From NCBI GenBank assembly GCA_041653395.1, contig JBAZFK010000004.1:5307-69306 (forward strand): a stretch of DNA of 64,000 bases. Reading direction: 5' to 3'. Positions 33,795-43,464 of this stretch are shown piece after piece. The notes beneath the pieces were generated by a model, which saw only the letters and a program-made list of their open reading frames with translations, was not told where the DNA came from and did not search any database. Source of the DNA: Candidatus Nanoarchaeia archaeon (GTDB taxonomy: Archaea; Nanobdellota; Nanobdellia; Tiddalikarchaeales; Tiddalikarchaeaceae). Made by a program: the position numbers and the translations under genes. The first letter of the stretch is position 1, and the number at the start of each line of letters is the position of its first letter.

Positions 33795-35555
33795 ATGAAA
33801 CGATTGCTATTATGCTTATTTTTAATATCATCCTGCTTTGCATCCTGCTTTGCAGGAGAAATGACTGTGCTTGGAGTTCAGGAGAGAGGGGATGAATATA
33901 TAGGCTTGTTTGCAACACTAAACTTAGAGATAATTAGCGGCTCTGGAAGAGTGTTTTTTAACACTATGCCTTTGGCTGAAACAGACACCCAATCAAGCGC
34001 CAGAATGGCAGTTGATGTTGCATGCCAAACCCTTGAAATTAATTGCAATGACAAAGATTTTTTATACTCAATAAGCGCGAATTCTCCAATGATTGGAGGG
34101 CCCAGCGCTGGAGCTGCAATGTCAATACTGGCAATGTCTGAGCTAATGGGCGCTGATTTAAGAACAGATGCTGCAATTACTGGAACAATCAATCCTGATA
34201 AAAGCATTGGAGTTGTAGGAGGGGTGGTTGAGAAAGCTAAGATTTGCCAAGAGTCAGGGTTAAAGACGATTCTCATCCCAAAAGGCACCAAATACTTGTT
34301 TGAGAATGAATCATTAAGCATTGACATAATAGAGGTTGAAACAATAAACCAAGCTTATGCTTTTTTTAGCGGAATAATTTTCAGCGAGCCAAGCAGCGAA
34401 CTAAACAAGTCAAAATTTAATGATTTCATGAAAATAATGAGCGAAAACTTAATTGACTATGCTAACTCAAGCTTTAATCAGCTTATTAATACCAATATTT
34501 CAAAACTTAATAATACTGATTCATTGTCAATTGAATCCTTGATTAATTCAACAAGCAAAGACATTGAAACAATGAATGAATTATATTTGCAAGAAAATTA
34601 TTACAGTGCCTCAAGTTATTCAGTAAGAGTTGGAATCAACTCAATCTATACCACTTACTTGATTGATTATCTTTTAAACCTTAGTGACTTGCCAAAAATG
34701 ATTATTGAGCTTAACACTTCAATAAACGTTTTTGAAAACAATTTTGGAAACAAATTAATAATAGATAATGCCAATGACTTTGAAGCAATAAGCATTTCAA
34801 TAGAGAGAATGTTTGAGGCAAAAGATTTGCTGAATTCATCAATTGATAATCTCCTAAATAATGACTCAATAAGTGCATTGTATAATCTGGCATTTGCCAA
34901 AGTAAGGCTAAAAACAAGCGAGTCATGGTTCGGCTTAAAAGACTTGTTAACAGGTGATTTATACTATGAATTCAACCAGGATGATTTCTCAGAACTTGCA
35001 TACACTAGGATTGAAAATGCCAAAACATTGCTCAACTATGCCAAGTCAATGCAGGAATCTTATTACACTGAAGCCTCAAATGATTTGATTGACAGAAGTG
35101 TTCAAGCTTACAATAATGGCAACATAGTCTTTTCTTTGTTTGAAAGCCTTAAATCAATCTCTAACTCTAACCTAGCTCTTTCTTTGGCAGGAGTTACTGA
35201 CGAAAACCTTGATGAAAGAATAACAATATTAATGGATTTGGCTGCAAAGAACATTAACATGGCGGAATCAAAAAAAATCATACCAATACTTGCATACTCT
35301 TATTATGAATATGGCCAAACATTCAAGGAGTCAGAGCCTTTGCAGGCAATAATCTTCTTCGAATACTCTAAGCAATTCTCTTTATTAAGCGAGCAATTGG
35401 CAAGCCAAGCAATAAGCAAAGAAAACAATGAAACAATCAATGATTATACTTTCATGCTGCCAAAATTGACAATCAGCTTTTTAATAGGTTTATTAATTGC
35501 ATTATTAGTCCTAGAGGTTTATTATGAGAGAGCATTATTTAATAAAAGACAGTGA
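33795..35555 (+). CDS. Secreted/membrane-anchored Lon-type (S16) archaeal serine protease
   Basis: Signal peptide; GSGRVF, DTQSSA, IGGPSAG (Ser), TGTINPD, GGVVEKA (Lys); helical region; C-terminal TM helix. Confidence 0.88.
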   Translation: MKRLLLCLFLISSCFASCFAGEMTVLGVQERGDEYIGLFATLNLEIISGSGRVFFNTMPLAETDTQSSARMAVDVACQTLEINCNDKDFLYSISANSPMIGGPSAGAAMSILAMSELMGADLRTDAAITGTINPDKSIGVVGGVVEKAKICQESGLKTILIPKGTKYLFENESLSIDIIEVETINQAYAFFSGIIFSEPSSELNKSKFNDFMKIMSENLIDYANSSFNQLINTNISKLNNTDSLSIESLINSTSKDIETMNELYLQENYYSASSYSVRVGINSIYTTYLIDYLLNLSDLPKMIIELNTSINVFENNFGNKLIIDNANDFEAISISIERMFEAKDLLNSSIDNLLNNDSISALYNLAFAKVRLKTSESWFGLKDLLTGDLYYEFNQDDFSELAYTRIENAKTLLNYAKSMQESYYTEASNDLIDRSVQAYNNGNIVFSLFESLKSISNSNLALSLAGVTDENLDERITILMDLAAKNINMAESKKIIPILAYSYYEYGQTFKESEPLQAIIFFEYSKQFSLLSEQLASQAISKENNETINDYTFMLPKLTISFLIGLLIALLVLEVYYERALFNKRQ

Positions 35556-36501
35556 CAACATTCCTTTAATAGGAGCTCACCTTTTCGGAATAATAGACAG
35601 AGGCACCAATGTTCTGCAAATCAGAAGCATCACTGGCTGCCCATTAAAATGCATTTATTGCAGTGTAGATGAGGGAGAAGGCTCAAAAAAAAGAAACACT
35701 TATCAGGTTGAGAATAATTATTTATTAAAAGAGATAAATGAAATAATAAAAATTAAAGGAATAGATGATACTGAAGCCCATATTGATGGAGTTGGGGAGC
35801 CATTGCTTAACAAGGATATTGTGAATCTTGTGAAAGGATTAAGGAAAAATAAGAATATAAAAATTATCAGCATGCAAACCAATGGAATATTATTGACTGA
35901 AAAATTGCTTGATGAATTAGAGAATGCAGGGCTTGATAGGATTAATTTAAGCATTAACTCCCTTAATCCTGAAACTGCAAAAAAGCTGAGCGGAATACCA
36001 GGCTATGATATTAACAGGATAAAATTATTGGCCCAAAATATTTCAAAATCGAAAATTAAACTATTAATAGCTCCAGTAATAGTTCCAGGATTCAATGAAA
36101 ACATTGATGACCTAATCATTTTTGCAAAATCAATTAATGCAAGGCTTGGAATACAAAAATACGAACATTACAAGCATGGAAGAAAGCTTAAAGCGAAAGA
36201 ATGGAGCTGGTACAAGTTTTACAACTACTTAAAAGAGTTAGAAAAAAAGCATGAAACAAAACTAATACTCAAAAAAGAGGAGTTCGGAATCCATAAAACT
36301 AATTCGCTGCCAATAGTTTTTAGAAAAAATGAAACCGTGAAAGGAAAAGTGGTCTTGCCAGGATGGCTAAGCAATGAAGCAATAATCTCTGCAAAAAACA
36401 GAATAATCACTGTTTTTGATTGCAATGCAAAAATAAATGATTTAGTAAAGGCAAAAATAGTCAAAACTAAGCATAATTTATACTTAGCGAAGCGCGCTTA
36501 G
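35524..36501 (+). CDS. Radical SAM protein with C-terminal TRAM-like domain (archaeal COG2100-like)
   Basis: FGIIDRGTN, CPLKCIYCSVDEG, EAHIDGVGEP, SMQTNG. Confidence 0.88.
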   Translation: MREHYLIKDSDNIPLIGAHLFGIIDRGTNVLQIRSITGCPLKCIYCSVDEGEGSKKRNTYQVENNYLLKEINEIIKIKGIDDTEAHIDGVGEPLLNKDIVNLVKGLRKNKNIKIISMQTNGILLTEKLLDELENAGLDRINLSINSLNPETAKKLSGIPGYDINRIKLLAQNISKSKIKLLIAPVIVPGFNENIDDLIIFAKSINARLGIQKYEHYKHGRKLKAKEWSWYKFYNYLKELEKKHETKLILKKEEFGIHKTNSLPIVFRKNETVKGKVVLPGWLSNEAIISAKNRIITVFDCNAKINDLVKAKIVKTKHNLYLAKRA

Positions 36502-36538
36502 AATTAATTTTTTAAATCCTCCATGATGCTTAATATTC

Positions 36539-37792
36539 ATGGATTTTTTCGCTTTTTTATTGAAAACCTTACTTTCATTAGCTCTTGGAGGATTAATTGG
36601 CATTGACAGGCAGAAAAGCAAGAACGGCTACCCTGCAGGAATAAGAACTTTGGCATTCATTTCATTGCTCGGATTCTTATCATGCTTTATTTCAAACGAA
36701 ATAAACAATTCTTATTTCTTAATCGCTTCGTTTCTTCTTATTTTCATCTTAATAATAGTTGGATATGGAGTGAGCTTTAATTCTGAAAAATTTTTCGGCT
36801 TCACAAGCACAATAATAATATTTTTAACTTTCTTAATAGGAGTAATCTCTTATTATGAGCAATATTATTACTTTGCAGTTTCATTATCAATACTAATAAC
36901 CCTGATTTTAACCCAGAAAACCTTTATTCACACATTCGTTTCAAAAATACAAGACAATGAATTATTTGATGCTTTAAAATTCGGAATAATTGCATTCATA
37001 ATACTTCCAGTGCTGCCAAACACAACAATTGACCCTTTAGGGGTAATAAATCCATTTAATTTATGGCTACTAGTTGTTTTAATTTTGCTAATAAGCTATG
37101 CTGGCTATATTTTGTCAAAATTTTTAGGCAAAAGCAAAGGAATCTATATTTCAGGATTGCTTGGAGGAGTAATCAGCTCAACAGCAGTAACCAGCTCGCT
37201 TTCAATACTCAGCAAAAAAAATGAGGCAGTCAGCAATTCCTGCATGGTAGGAATTACTCTTGCAAGCAGCGTAATGTTTTTAATGGTTTTTTTTGAGGCA
37301 TTACTAACCAATCCTTCTTTTGCTTATGGAATGATTATACCTTTCAGCTCATGTTTCTTGATTGGATTATTAGTCTCTTGGATTATGATAAAATCCCCAA
37401 AAACAACCAACTTAAACAATGCTGAACTAGTTTCAGAAAGCCCGTTTAATTTCTTTCCAGCAATAAAATTTATGGCATTAATAGTCTTAATATTGTTTAT
37501 TTCAAAGCTTTTATTAATGGTTTTTGGAGACAAAGGAATCTATGCAGTAAGCTTTTTTTCAAGCCTTGCAAACACTGATGCTGTCACAATCTCAATAGCA
37601 ACGCTTGCAAAAGACTCCTTGGCTTATAGCACTGCCTATTTATCAATAGCTATTGCTGTTTTGACAAATAATTTAATGAAGCTTTTTTTAATAAAACAAA
37701 TGGGTTCAAAAAAATTGTTCACAGAGATTTTAAAAAATTATTTAGCAATGAATGCTCCAATACTCATATGGATTATTTGCTTGCTTATTTAA
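36539..37792 (+). CDS. MgtC/SapB family membrane protein with DUF4010
   Basis: LGGLIGIDRQ, AGIRT, GFTS, LPVLPN, GGVISSTAVT, SSLANTDA. Confidence 0.88.
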   Translation: MDFFAFLLKTLLSLALGGLIGIDRQKSKNGYPAGIRTLAFISLLGFLSCFISNEINNSYFLIASFLLIFILIIVGYGVSFNSEKFFGFTSTIIIFLTFLIGVISYYEQYYYFAVSLSILITLILTQKTFIHTFVSKIQDNELFDALKFGIIAFIILPVLPNTTIDPLGVINPFNLWLLVVLILLISYAGYILSKFLGKSKGIYISGLLGGVISSTAVTSSLSILSKKNEAVSNSCMVGITLASSVMFLMVFFEALLTNPSFAYGMIIPFSSCFLIGLLVSWIMIKSPKTTNLNNAELVSESPFNFFPAIKFMALIVLILFISKLLLMVFGDKGIYAVSFFSSLANTDAVTISIATLAKDSLAYSTAYLSIAIAVLTNNLMKLFLIKQMGSKKLFTEILKNYLAMNAPILIWIICLLI

Positions 37793-38018
37793 TCCCGAGC
37801 TTTTTTGCAAGCAGCTCAGCCTTCTTCTTGTTTTCAAACTTTATTGCCTCTTTTATATGCGAGCAGTAAGTCTCTTTTAGCGTATTCCACCTGCAATCGC
37901 AGCTCCATTCCATCTTATCCCTCCTGTAAATCACGCTATGCTTCTTTTTCTTTTCAGGATTATAAACAGTGTAAGCTTTTACTCTGGCACTTTCATAGTC
38001 AAAGACTGCTTTTAGCAT
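37785..38018 (-). CDS. SWIM zinc-finger protein
   Basis: WSCDC...YCSHI. Confidence 0.8.
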   Translation of the reverse strand: MLKAVFDYESARVKAYTVYNPEKKKKHSVIYRRDKMEWSCDCRWNTLKETYCSHIKEAIKFENKKKAELLAKKLGIK

Positions 38019-38060
38019 GGGATTAAATTAAAAATTAAGGGTTTTAAAGAATTTCTGTGC

Positions 38061-41000
38061 TTAATTCTTTTTAATATATAGTATTGCATCTGAAAACTCG
38101 GAGCTTGATGAAGGGAACAGCCAATTATTTCTCAGAACTATTTCTTTATAATTGCCGCACTTTATTTTTCCGCTTATTTCGTCAGTTTTTGCAGTATTCC
38201 ATAATGAAGTGTAAGTTTTTGAGAAGTCAAGAATTCCAATACTAAGCTCAACTTTACCATTATAAGTAATATGATAATTCAAATAAAATTCTTTTCCGTC
38301 ATAGCTAGGGTCTAGGCATAAATAATCAAGTGATTGGGAATCGCTGGTTTTTCCGTAAGCAGTATTCATTGTTGTAAGATAAATGACTAAATTGTCAGAG
38401 TCTGTGCTTACCATATCGCATTCATTCTCAGCTATGTTAAGCGTTGTTGGCCAGGTGCAATTAGGCACTACTATGATTGGAGTTATGGGAACTTCTGAAC
38501 TATTTGCTTGTTCAACTATAGGCATTTCAAAATCTTTTATATACATGCTTAAACTGTCAAGAGCTTGGCTGGCAATAATTCTTTTCTCAGGCTTTGAGCA
38601 GTTAATCTGGCCTGAAATAATAATCCTTTCAGGAGTGGTTATTGTAACAGAGGTTCCTAAAGAATCAGCTCCATAATAAAGGGTTAATCCTCCAGTAAAG
38701 TCGCTCCTTTTTTCAGCATTAATAAGGTAATACTTCCCATTATTCAAGCTGTCATTGCAAATGCTTTCATTTAAATATTCGCTTCCAATGCCAAACTCAA
38801 TCATTGTCTCATTCTTATTCAACCTGCAATAATCAGTGTTAATCCTGCTTGCTTGGCATTTATTGCTAATGCATTTAGAGATCGAGCATTTGTCAAATTC
38901 ATTGTTTGCGCAATCAAAATCATTGTCGCATCCTTTTACATAAAGCTTAACATTTGAAACGCTGAAAAACTGAAAAACATCGCTGTTAGGAATAAATGTT
39001 ATGTTATTATTGCCTAATGAGCAATTAATAATTCCTCTGCTAATCACGTTGCTTTGAGTTTCATTAAAAACAATGGTTTTGTTGCTCTTATCAAGCCCGT
39101 ATTTCATTGAAAAATTGCCAACAACTGAATCAATATCGAACTTGATAATGTATTCAGAGCTATCAAACCCTGGGCACACGCTGGAAGAGTAATTATTATT
39201 GTCATTCACCAAAGCTTTTTCAACCATTTCATCGCTTTGCACAAAAATCCTAATATTTGATAATGTTGCAGACAGCTCAGAAGACAAAGTCATATTCAAA
39301 TTATTATTGCACATGATTGTCCCTATGAAATAATCATTTCTTGATTCAACTTGAGGGGGGCTTGATTGAGCAATGTGATCATAGCTTTTGCTTAATCCAA
39401 TCACAGGAACATTAACTGAAGAATCGCCATTGTAGCTGATAGTGTAGCTTATTTTCACTTTCTTGCCTTCAAAGCAATTGCCAGTTTTATAGTTGCAGCC
39501 AGAGCAAAGCGCTGACAATAAGGCAACATTGCTGTTTGAATTAGCTGAAAAATCTGATAGTTCAAAAGGCTCGGATTTAAATGACAAATACTCTGCTGAT
39601 TCATTGCAAATGCATAAGTTAGAGTCAATCGGAGTGCTAGGCCAAGAGCATAGATTTTCATAAGTCTTGCATGAGCCTGAGCATAAATACTGGCTTTGTG
39701 GGCATGAAGTTAAAGCAGCAGGAGCAGAGGCTGATGCAACGCATCTGGCATTGCATTCCCAAGCATTTTCGCACACTTGGCCAGTTAAGCAATCACTGTT
39801 ACGTTTGCAGGCAGGAACAGTGCACTTGTTAACCCCATTAGTTAAGCAAATTATTTCCGAGCTGCTGCATTTAAAATAAGAGCAGTAAGCATTGATAGTT
39901 CCTGCATTAAGGCAATTATAATTCCATCCTTCTTTATAGCAATCCTCTGCTGATATGCATGAAGGAGTAATACAATAACCATTATATTCTATTTTTCCGC
40001 TTGCGCATGAGCCTTCATAAAAATTGTTCTCGCAATAATTCTGGCACTGACTATTCATGATTATGCATTTGTCAATAGTTGAAGGATTATTGTCAGAGCA
40101 GTCACTGTTTGATTTGCATTCTATTTTTTTGCAAACATTGTTGCATAAAGCCTCATCGCTTGCGCAAGAAACGCAATCAACATCATTATCCTTATTGCAA
40201 TTGCTAGGGCAATAGCCGTCTCTTGCAATAGTATTGCAAGCTAAAGCTGTATTGCTGCACTTGGCACTGCAAGTGTTCGAGTTTACGCAAGTATCAGTGG
40301 TTAATGAATTATAATCATCGCAGTCAGAGTTTTTAGAGCAAACATTAATGCATGCTCCGCTGCAGCAAACACCATTAATGCAGTCAGAATTATTATTGCA
40401 CGAATTCATAATATTCAAGGAATCAGACGATTCAAAAGATGACAATCCAACAACTCCAGTTATCCTAACACTCCATGTTCCGCTCTCATTCAAAGAAATA
40501 TTATTGATTCTCCAAATATTGCTTGATTTTTTTTGCCCTTCAACAACAATAGTCTCTCCAGTCGGACTTTGTAGCTCAAAAGTCACGCTGTCAAGATTTG
40601 ATGCCAATACAAAATCCTTAGAAAAAGTTGCTCCTGCAGTTAAATCATTGCTTAAAACCTCTTTAGGCGAAAAATCAAGGCTATAAAATACTAAAACAAG
40701 GCTTAATATAATGATTCCTATTGACATTAAGTAAATAGTTTTTTTGTCCATGAACTCTTTTTTTACAATCTTTTTCTCAATAACTGGCTCAGGTTCCGGC
40801 TTTTTTTCCTTGAATTCGAAACCGCAAACATCGCATTTAGCTGAATCCTTTATTAAATTACTGCATTCATGGCAGTGCCATAGTTTAGGAAAAGACAAAT
40901 TATTAGGATAATCGCAGCCTTTGCAGAACTCTGAATCAGAATTAATATTGGAGCAATTAGGGCAGCTCCATAATTTAGGATAATGATTGCCAAACCTGAA

Positions 41001-41078
41001 CTTGCAATTAGGGCAAATCTTATTATTATCAACTAACTCTGAGCAATTAGGGCACTTCCATTTTTTAGGATAATCCAT
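38061..41078 (-). CDS. Large membrane protein: three N-terminal zinc ribbons, one TM helix, Cys-rich extracellular region
   Basis: (Y/F)PKxWxCxxC-x9-CxxC three times; TM IYLMSIGIIILSLVLVFY; DCDDYNSLTTDTC / DCSDNNPSTIDKC repeats; ATG at 41078 preferred over TTG at 41093. Confidence 0.8.
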   Translation of the reverse strand: MDYPKKWKCPNCSELVDNNKICPNCKFRFGNHYPKLWSCPNCSNINSDSEFCKGCDYPNNLSFPKLWHCHECSNLIKDSAKCDVCGFEFKEKKPEPEPVIEKKIVKKEFMDKKTIYLMSIGIIILSLVLVFYSLDFSPKEVLSNDLTAGATFSKDFVLASNLDSVTFELQSPTGETIVVEGQKKSSNIWRINNISLNESGTWSVRITGVVGLSSFESSDSLNIMNSCNNNSDCINGVCCSGACINVCSKNSDCDDYNSLTTDTCVNSNTCSAKCSNTALACNTIARDGYCPSNCNKDNDVDCVSCASDEALCNNVCKKIECKSNSDCSDNNPSTIDKCIIMNSQCQNYCENNFYEGSCASGKIEYNGYCITPSCISAEDCYKEGWNYNCLNAGTINAYCSYFKCSSSEIICLTNGVNKCTVPACKRNSDCLTGQVCENAWECNARCVASASAPAALTSCPQSQYLCSGSCKTYENLCSWPSTPIDSNLCICNESAEYLSFKSEPFELSDFSANSNSNVALLSALCSGCNYKTGNCFEGKKVKISYTISYNGDSSVNVPVIGLSKSYDHIAQSSPPQVESRNDYFIGTIMCNNNLNMTLSSELSATLSNIRIFVQSDEMVEKALVNDNNNYSSSVCPGFDSSEYIIKFDIDSVVGNFSMKYGLDKSNKTIVFNETQSNVISRGIINCSLGNNNITFIPNSDVFQFFSVSNVKLYVKGCDNDFDCANNEFDKCSISKCISNKCQASRINTDYCRLNKNETMIEFGIGSEYLNESICNDSLNNGKYYLINAEKRSDFTGGLTLYYGADSLGTSVTITTPERIIISGQINCSKPEKRIIASQALDSLSMYIKDFEMPIVEQANSSEVPITPIIVVPNCTWPTTLNIAENECDMVSTDSDNLVIYLTTMNTAYGKTSDSQSLDYLCLDPSYDGKEFYLNYHITYNGKVELSIGILDFSKTYTSLWNTAKTDEISGKIKCGNYKEIVLRNNWLFPSSSSEFSDAILYIKKN

Positions 41079-41172
41079 ACAATTATTAAACAAATTAGTA
41101 TTTATTAATGTTTTTTAAAAAGAAAATAGTTATTAAGAAGTTTTTTAAAAAAAGATAAAACTACTAATATTC

Positions 41173-41913
41173 ATGGATTTAAACAAAGCATTTACCTTGA
41201 TAAGCAATTCGATTAACAAGAAATTTGCAACAATAATTATGTGCAACTGCGAGATTAATTATTTCGGCAGGGCAAGAAGCTATTTAGGTGAAGGCGACAG
41301 GATGATTATCATAAAATCTGATTCATGTATTTTAATACACAAGCCTAAAGGCAGGAATCCTGTCAATTGGATGAGCTCAACACCCCAAATAACCTTGAAT
41401 ATGGAGCTGGATTATTTTGAAATCAAAGCAAGCAGTGTTAAGCCAAAAGAGGAGCTAGTGATTAACATTTTTGATGCCTATGAAGTGGCTTCTTATCCTT
41501 TGGTTGATACTGAGCAGCTGAAATTAGCAGGAAGCGAAAAAGACATGAGTAATATGATTTATGAAAATCCTTTACTAATCAGCGAAGATTTTAAGCCAAT
41601 TAATCGTGAAGAAAAAACTGACTACGGCTTTTTAGACGTTTTCGGCCATGACTCAAAAGGCAATTTTGTAATAGTTGAATGCAAAAGATACACTGCAGGA
41701 CTCGATGCTGTGACTCAGCTAAGAAGGTATGTTGAAAAGGTGAAATCAAGCAAAGGTGTAGGAAAAGTAATTGGTATAATAGCAGCTCCAAATATTTCGC
41801 CAAGAGCGCTAAATATGCTTAACAATTGGGGATTTAGTTATAAATCAATCGCTCCTCCTAAAATCTTCAAGGAAGAGAATGCTTCACAGATAAAAATCGA
41901 CAAATATTTTTGA
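41173..41913 (+). CDS. nucS: Mismatch-specific endonuclease NucS/EndoMS
   Basis: YFGRARSYL..GDR..IIKSD, PVNW, GSEKDM, LDVFG, VECKR, AVTQLRRY. Confidence 0.95.
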   Translation: MDLNKAFTLISNSINKKFATIIMCNCEINYFGRARSYLGEGDRMIIIKSDSCILIHKPKGRNPVNWMSSTPQITLNMELDYFEIKASSVKPKEELVINIFDAYEVASYPLVDTEQLKLAGSEKDMSNMIYENPLLISEDFKPINREEKTDYGFLDVFGHDSKGNFVIVECKRYTAGLDAVTQLRRYVEKVKSSKGVGKVIGIIAAPNISPRALNMLNNWGFSYKSIAPPKIFKEENASQIKIDKYF

Positions 41914-41952
41914 ATAAAAAACTTTAAAATTAAAGGTTTTAATTATAAGTAC

Positions 41953-43464
41953 ATGGTTACTATTGACGACTTATTGGGTTCGCTTCATTTATTCGAAAAA
42001 AAATTATTGAGCAATTTATCAAACACTTTAAGCCTTAATAAGGCAGTTGAATTGGCAAAAATGCCTGAAATTCAGGTGCTGAAAGCAGCCCAGTGGCTAA
42101 GCAATAAAGATTTGGCTATAATAAAAGAAACTAAGAAAAAAGCAATTTCATTAACTAATAGAGGAAAAGAAGTGGTTGATAAAGGCTTGCCTGAACTAAG
42201 GCTACTTGATGAACTTTCAATCAAAGACAAGAAAATGAATGAAATAACAAGCCTTGACAAAAACGAATTCAACAAAGCATTAGGGATTTGCAAAAAAGAA
42301 GGATTGCTGTCAATGCTTAACGGAGCGCTTAAAATAACAAGCTTAGGAAAAGAATACTTAATCAAAGAGGAAGAGAAGAAAAAAATTTTAGAATCATTAA
42401 AAATAGGAGAAACCGACCTAAAAAAGCTTAAAATAAAAGAAAAAGACTTAAAAGAATTAACAGAAAGAGGATTAATCTTAATGATTGACAGGACTGAATG
42501 GGAATTCTCAGCAACACCTTTAGGGCTTCAATTAATAAAAAAAGGCATCAATATTGAGGAAGAATTGCTTGAAAGAGTGACTCCTAACCTAATAAAATCA
42601 AGGGAATGGGAGTCAAAAAAATTCAGAAGATACAATATTCTTGAGCCAGTTGCTCCTCCAATATTTGCAAAAAAGCATCCATACAATGAATTCATAAATG
42701 AAATAAAATCATTGTTTGTCAGCATGGGGTTCAAGGAAATGGCAGGAAATTATGTTGAAACCAATTTCATAAACTGCGATGCATTATACATGCCGCAAGA
42801 TCACCCTGCAAGAGCAGTGCATGACATATTTTTCATAAAAGAGCCGAAAAAAGCCTCACTAAAAGAGTTCAAAAAATTCATAAAAAAAGTGAAAAATGCT
42901 CATGAAAACGGAATAACTGGAAGCACTGGCTGGGGTGTTAAGATGGACAAGGAAATAAGCAGGATTCATGTGCTTAGGTCGCAGACAACGAGCGCAAGCA
43001 TAAGAAAACTAATGAGCCCTGACTTGGAAATCCCTGGAAAATACTTCATAATTGACAGAATGGCAAGGCCTGATGTTATAGACTGGAAGCATGGAGCAGA
43101 ATTTTTGCAAATGGAAGGAATAATACTTGGAGAAGAGATGAACTTGGCATCATTATTGTCATTATTACGAATGTTCGCTGAAAAAATAGCAAAAGTGGAA
43201 AAATTCCTTATAATGCCAGATTATTACCCTTACACTGAACCAAGCGCTTCCCTCCACATTTACAGCAATGGAAAATGGATGGAGTTAGGAGGGGCTGGAA
43301 TATTCAGAAAAGAAGTAACAGAGCCAGCAGGAGTAAAAGTGCCAGTAATTGCATGGGGGCTTGGATTTGATAGAGCATTCATGTCTAATTATGGAATAAA
43401 TGACATAAGGGAAATTTTCAGCACTGATTTGTCATGGCTTAGGAATGTAGAGGTGAAAAAGTAA
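41953..43464 (+). CDS. pheS: Phenylalanine--tRNA ligase alpha subunit (archaeal long form)
   Basis: KKHP, NCDALYMPQDHPAR, LRSQTT, RPDVID, EFLQMEG, YPYTEPS, ELGGAG, AWGLG. Confidence 0.96.
   Translation: MVTIDDLLGSLHLFEKKLLSNLSNTLSLNKAVELAKMPEIQVLKAAQWLSNKDLAIIKETKKKAISLTNRGKEVVDKGLPELRLLDELSIKDKKMNEITSLDKNEFNKALGICKKEGLLSMLNGALKITSLGKEYLIKEEEKKKILESLKIGETDLKKLKIKEKDLKELTERGLILMIDRTEWEFSATPLGLQLIKKGINIEEELLERVTPNLIKSREWESKKFRRYNILEPVAPPIFAKKHPYNEFINEIKSLFVSMGFKEMAGNYVETNFINCDALYMPQDHPARAVHDIFFIKEPKKASLKEFKKFIKKVKNAHENGITGSTGWGVKMDKEISRIHVLRSQTTSASIRKLMSPDLEIPGKYFIIDRMARPDVIDWKHGAEFLQMEGIILGEEMNLASLLSLLRMFAEKIAKVEKFLIMPDYYPYTEPSASLHIYSNGKWMELGGAGIFRKEVTEPAGVKVPVIAWGLGFDRAFMSNYGINDIREIFSTDLSWLRNVEVKK

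Noticed and set aside
41914..41952. Leader peptide upstream of pheS (argS, 55057-55107, also checked)
   Set aside because: The TATA box sits about 25 nt from the gene's own ATG, leaving no room for a leader ORF.
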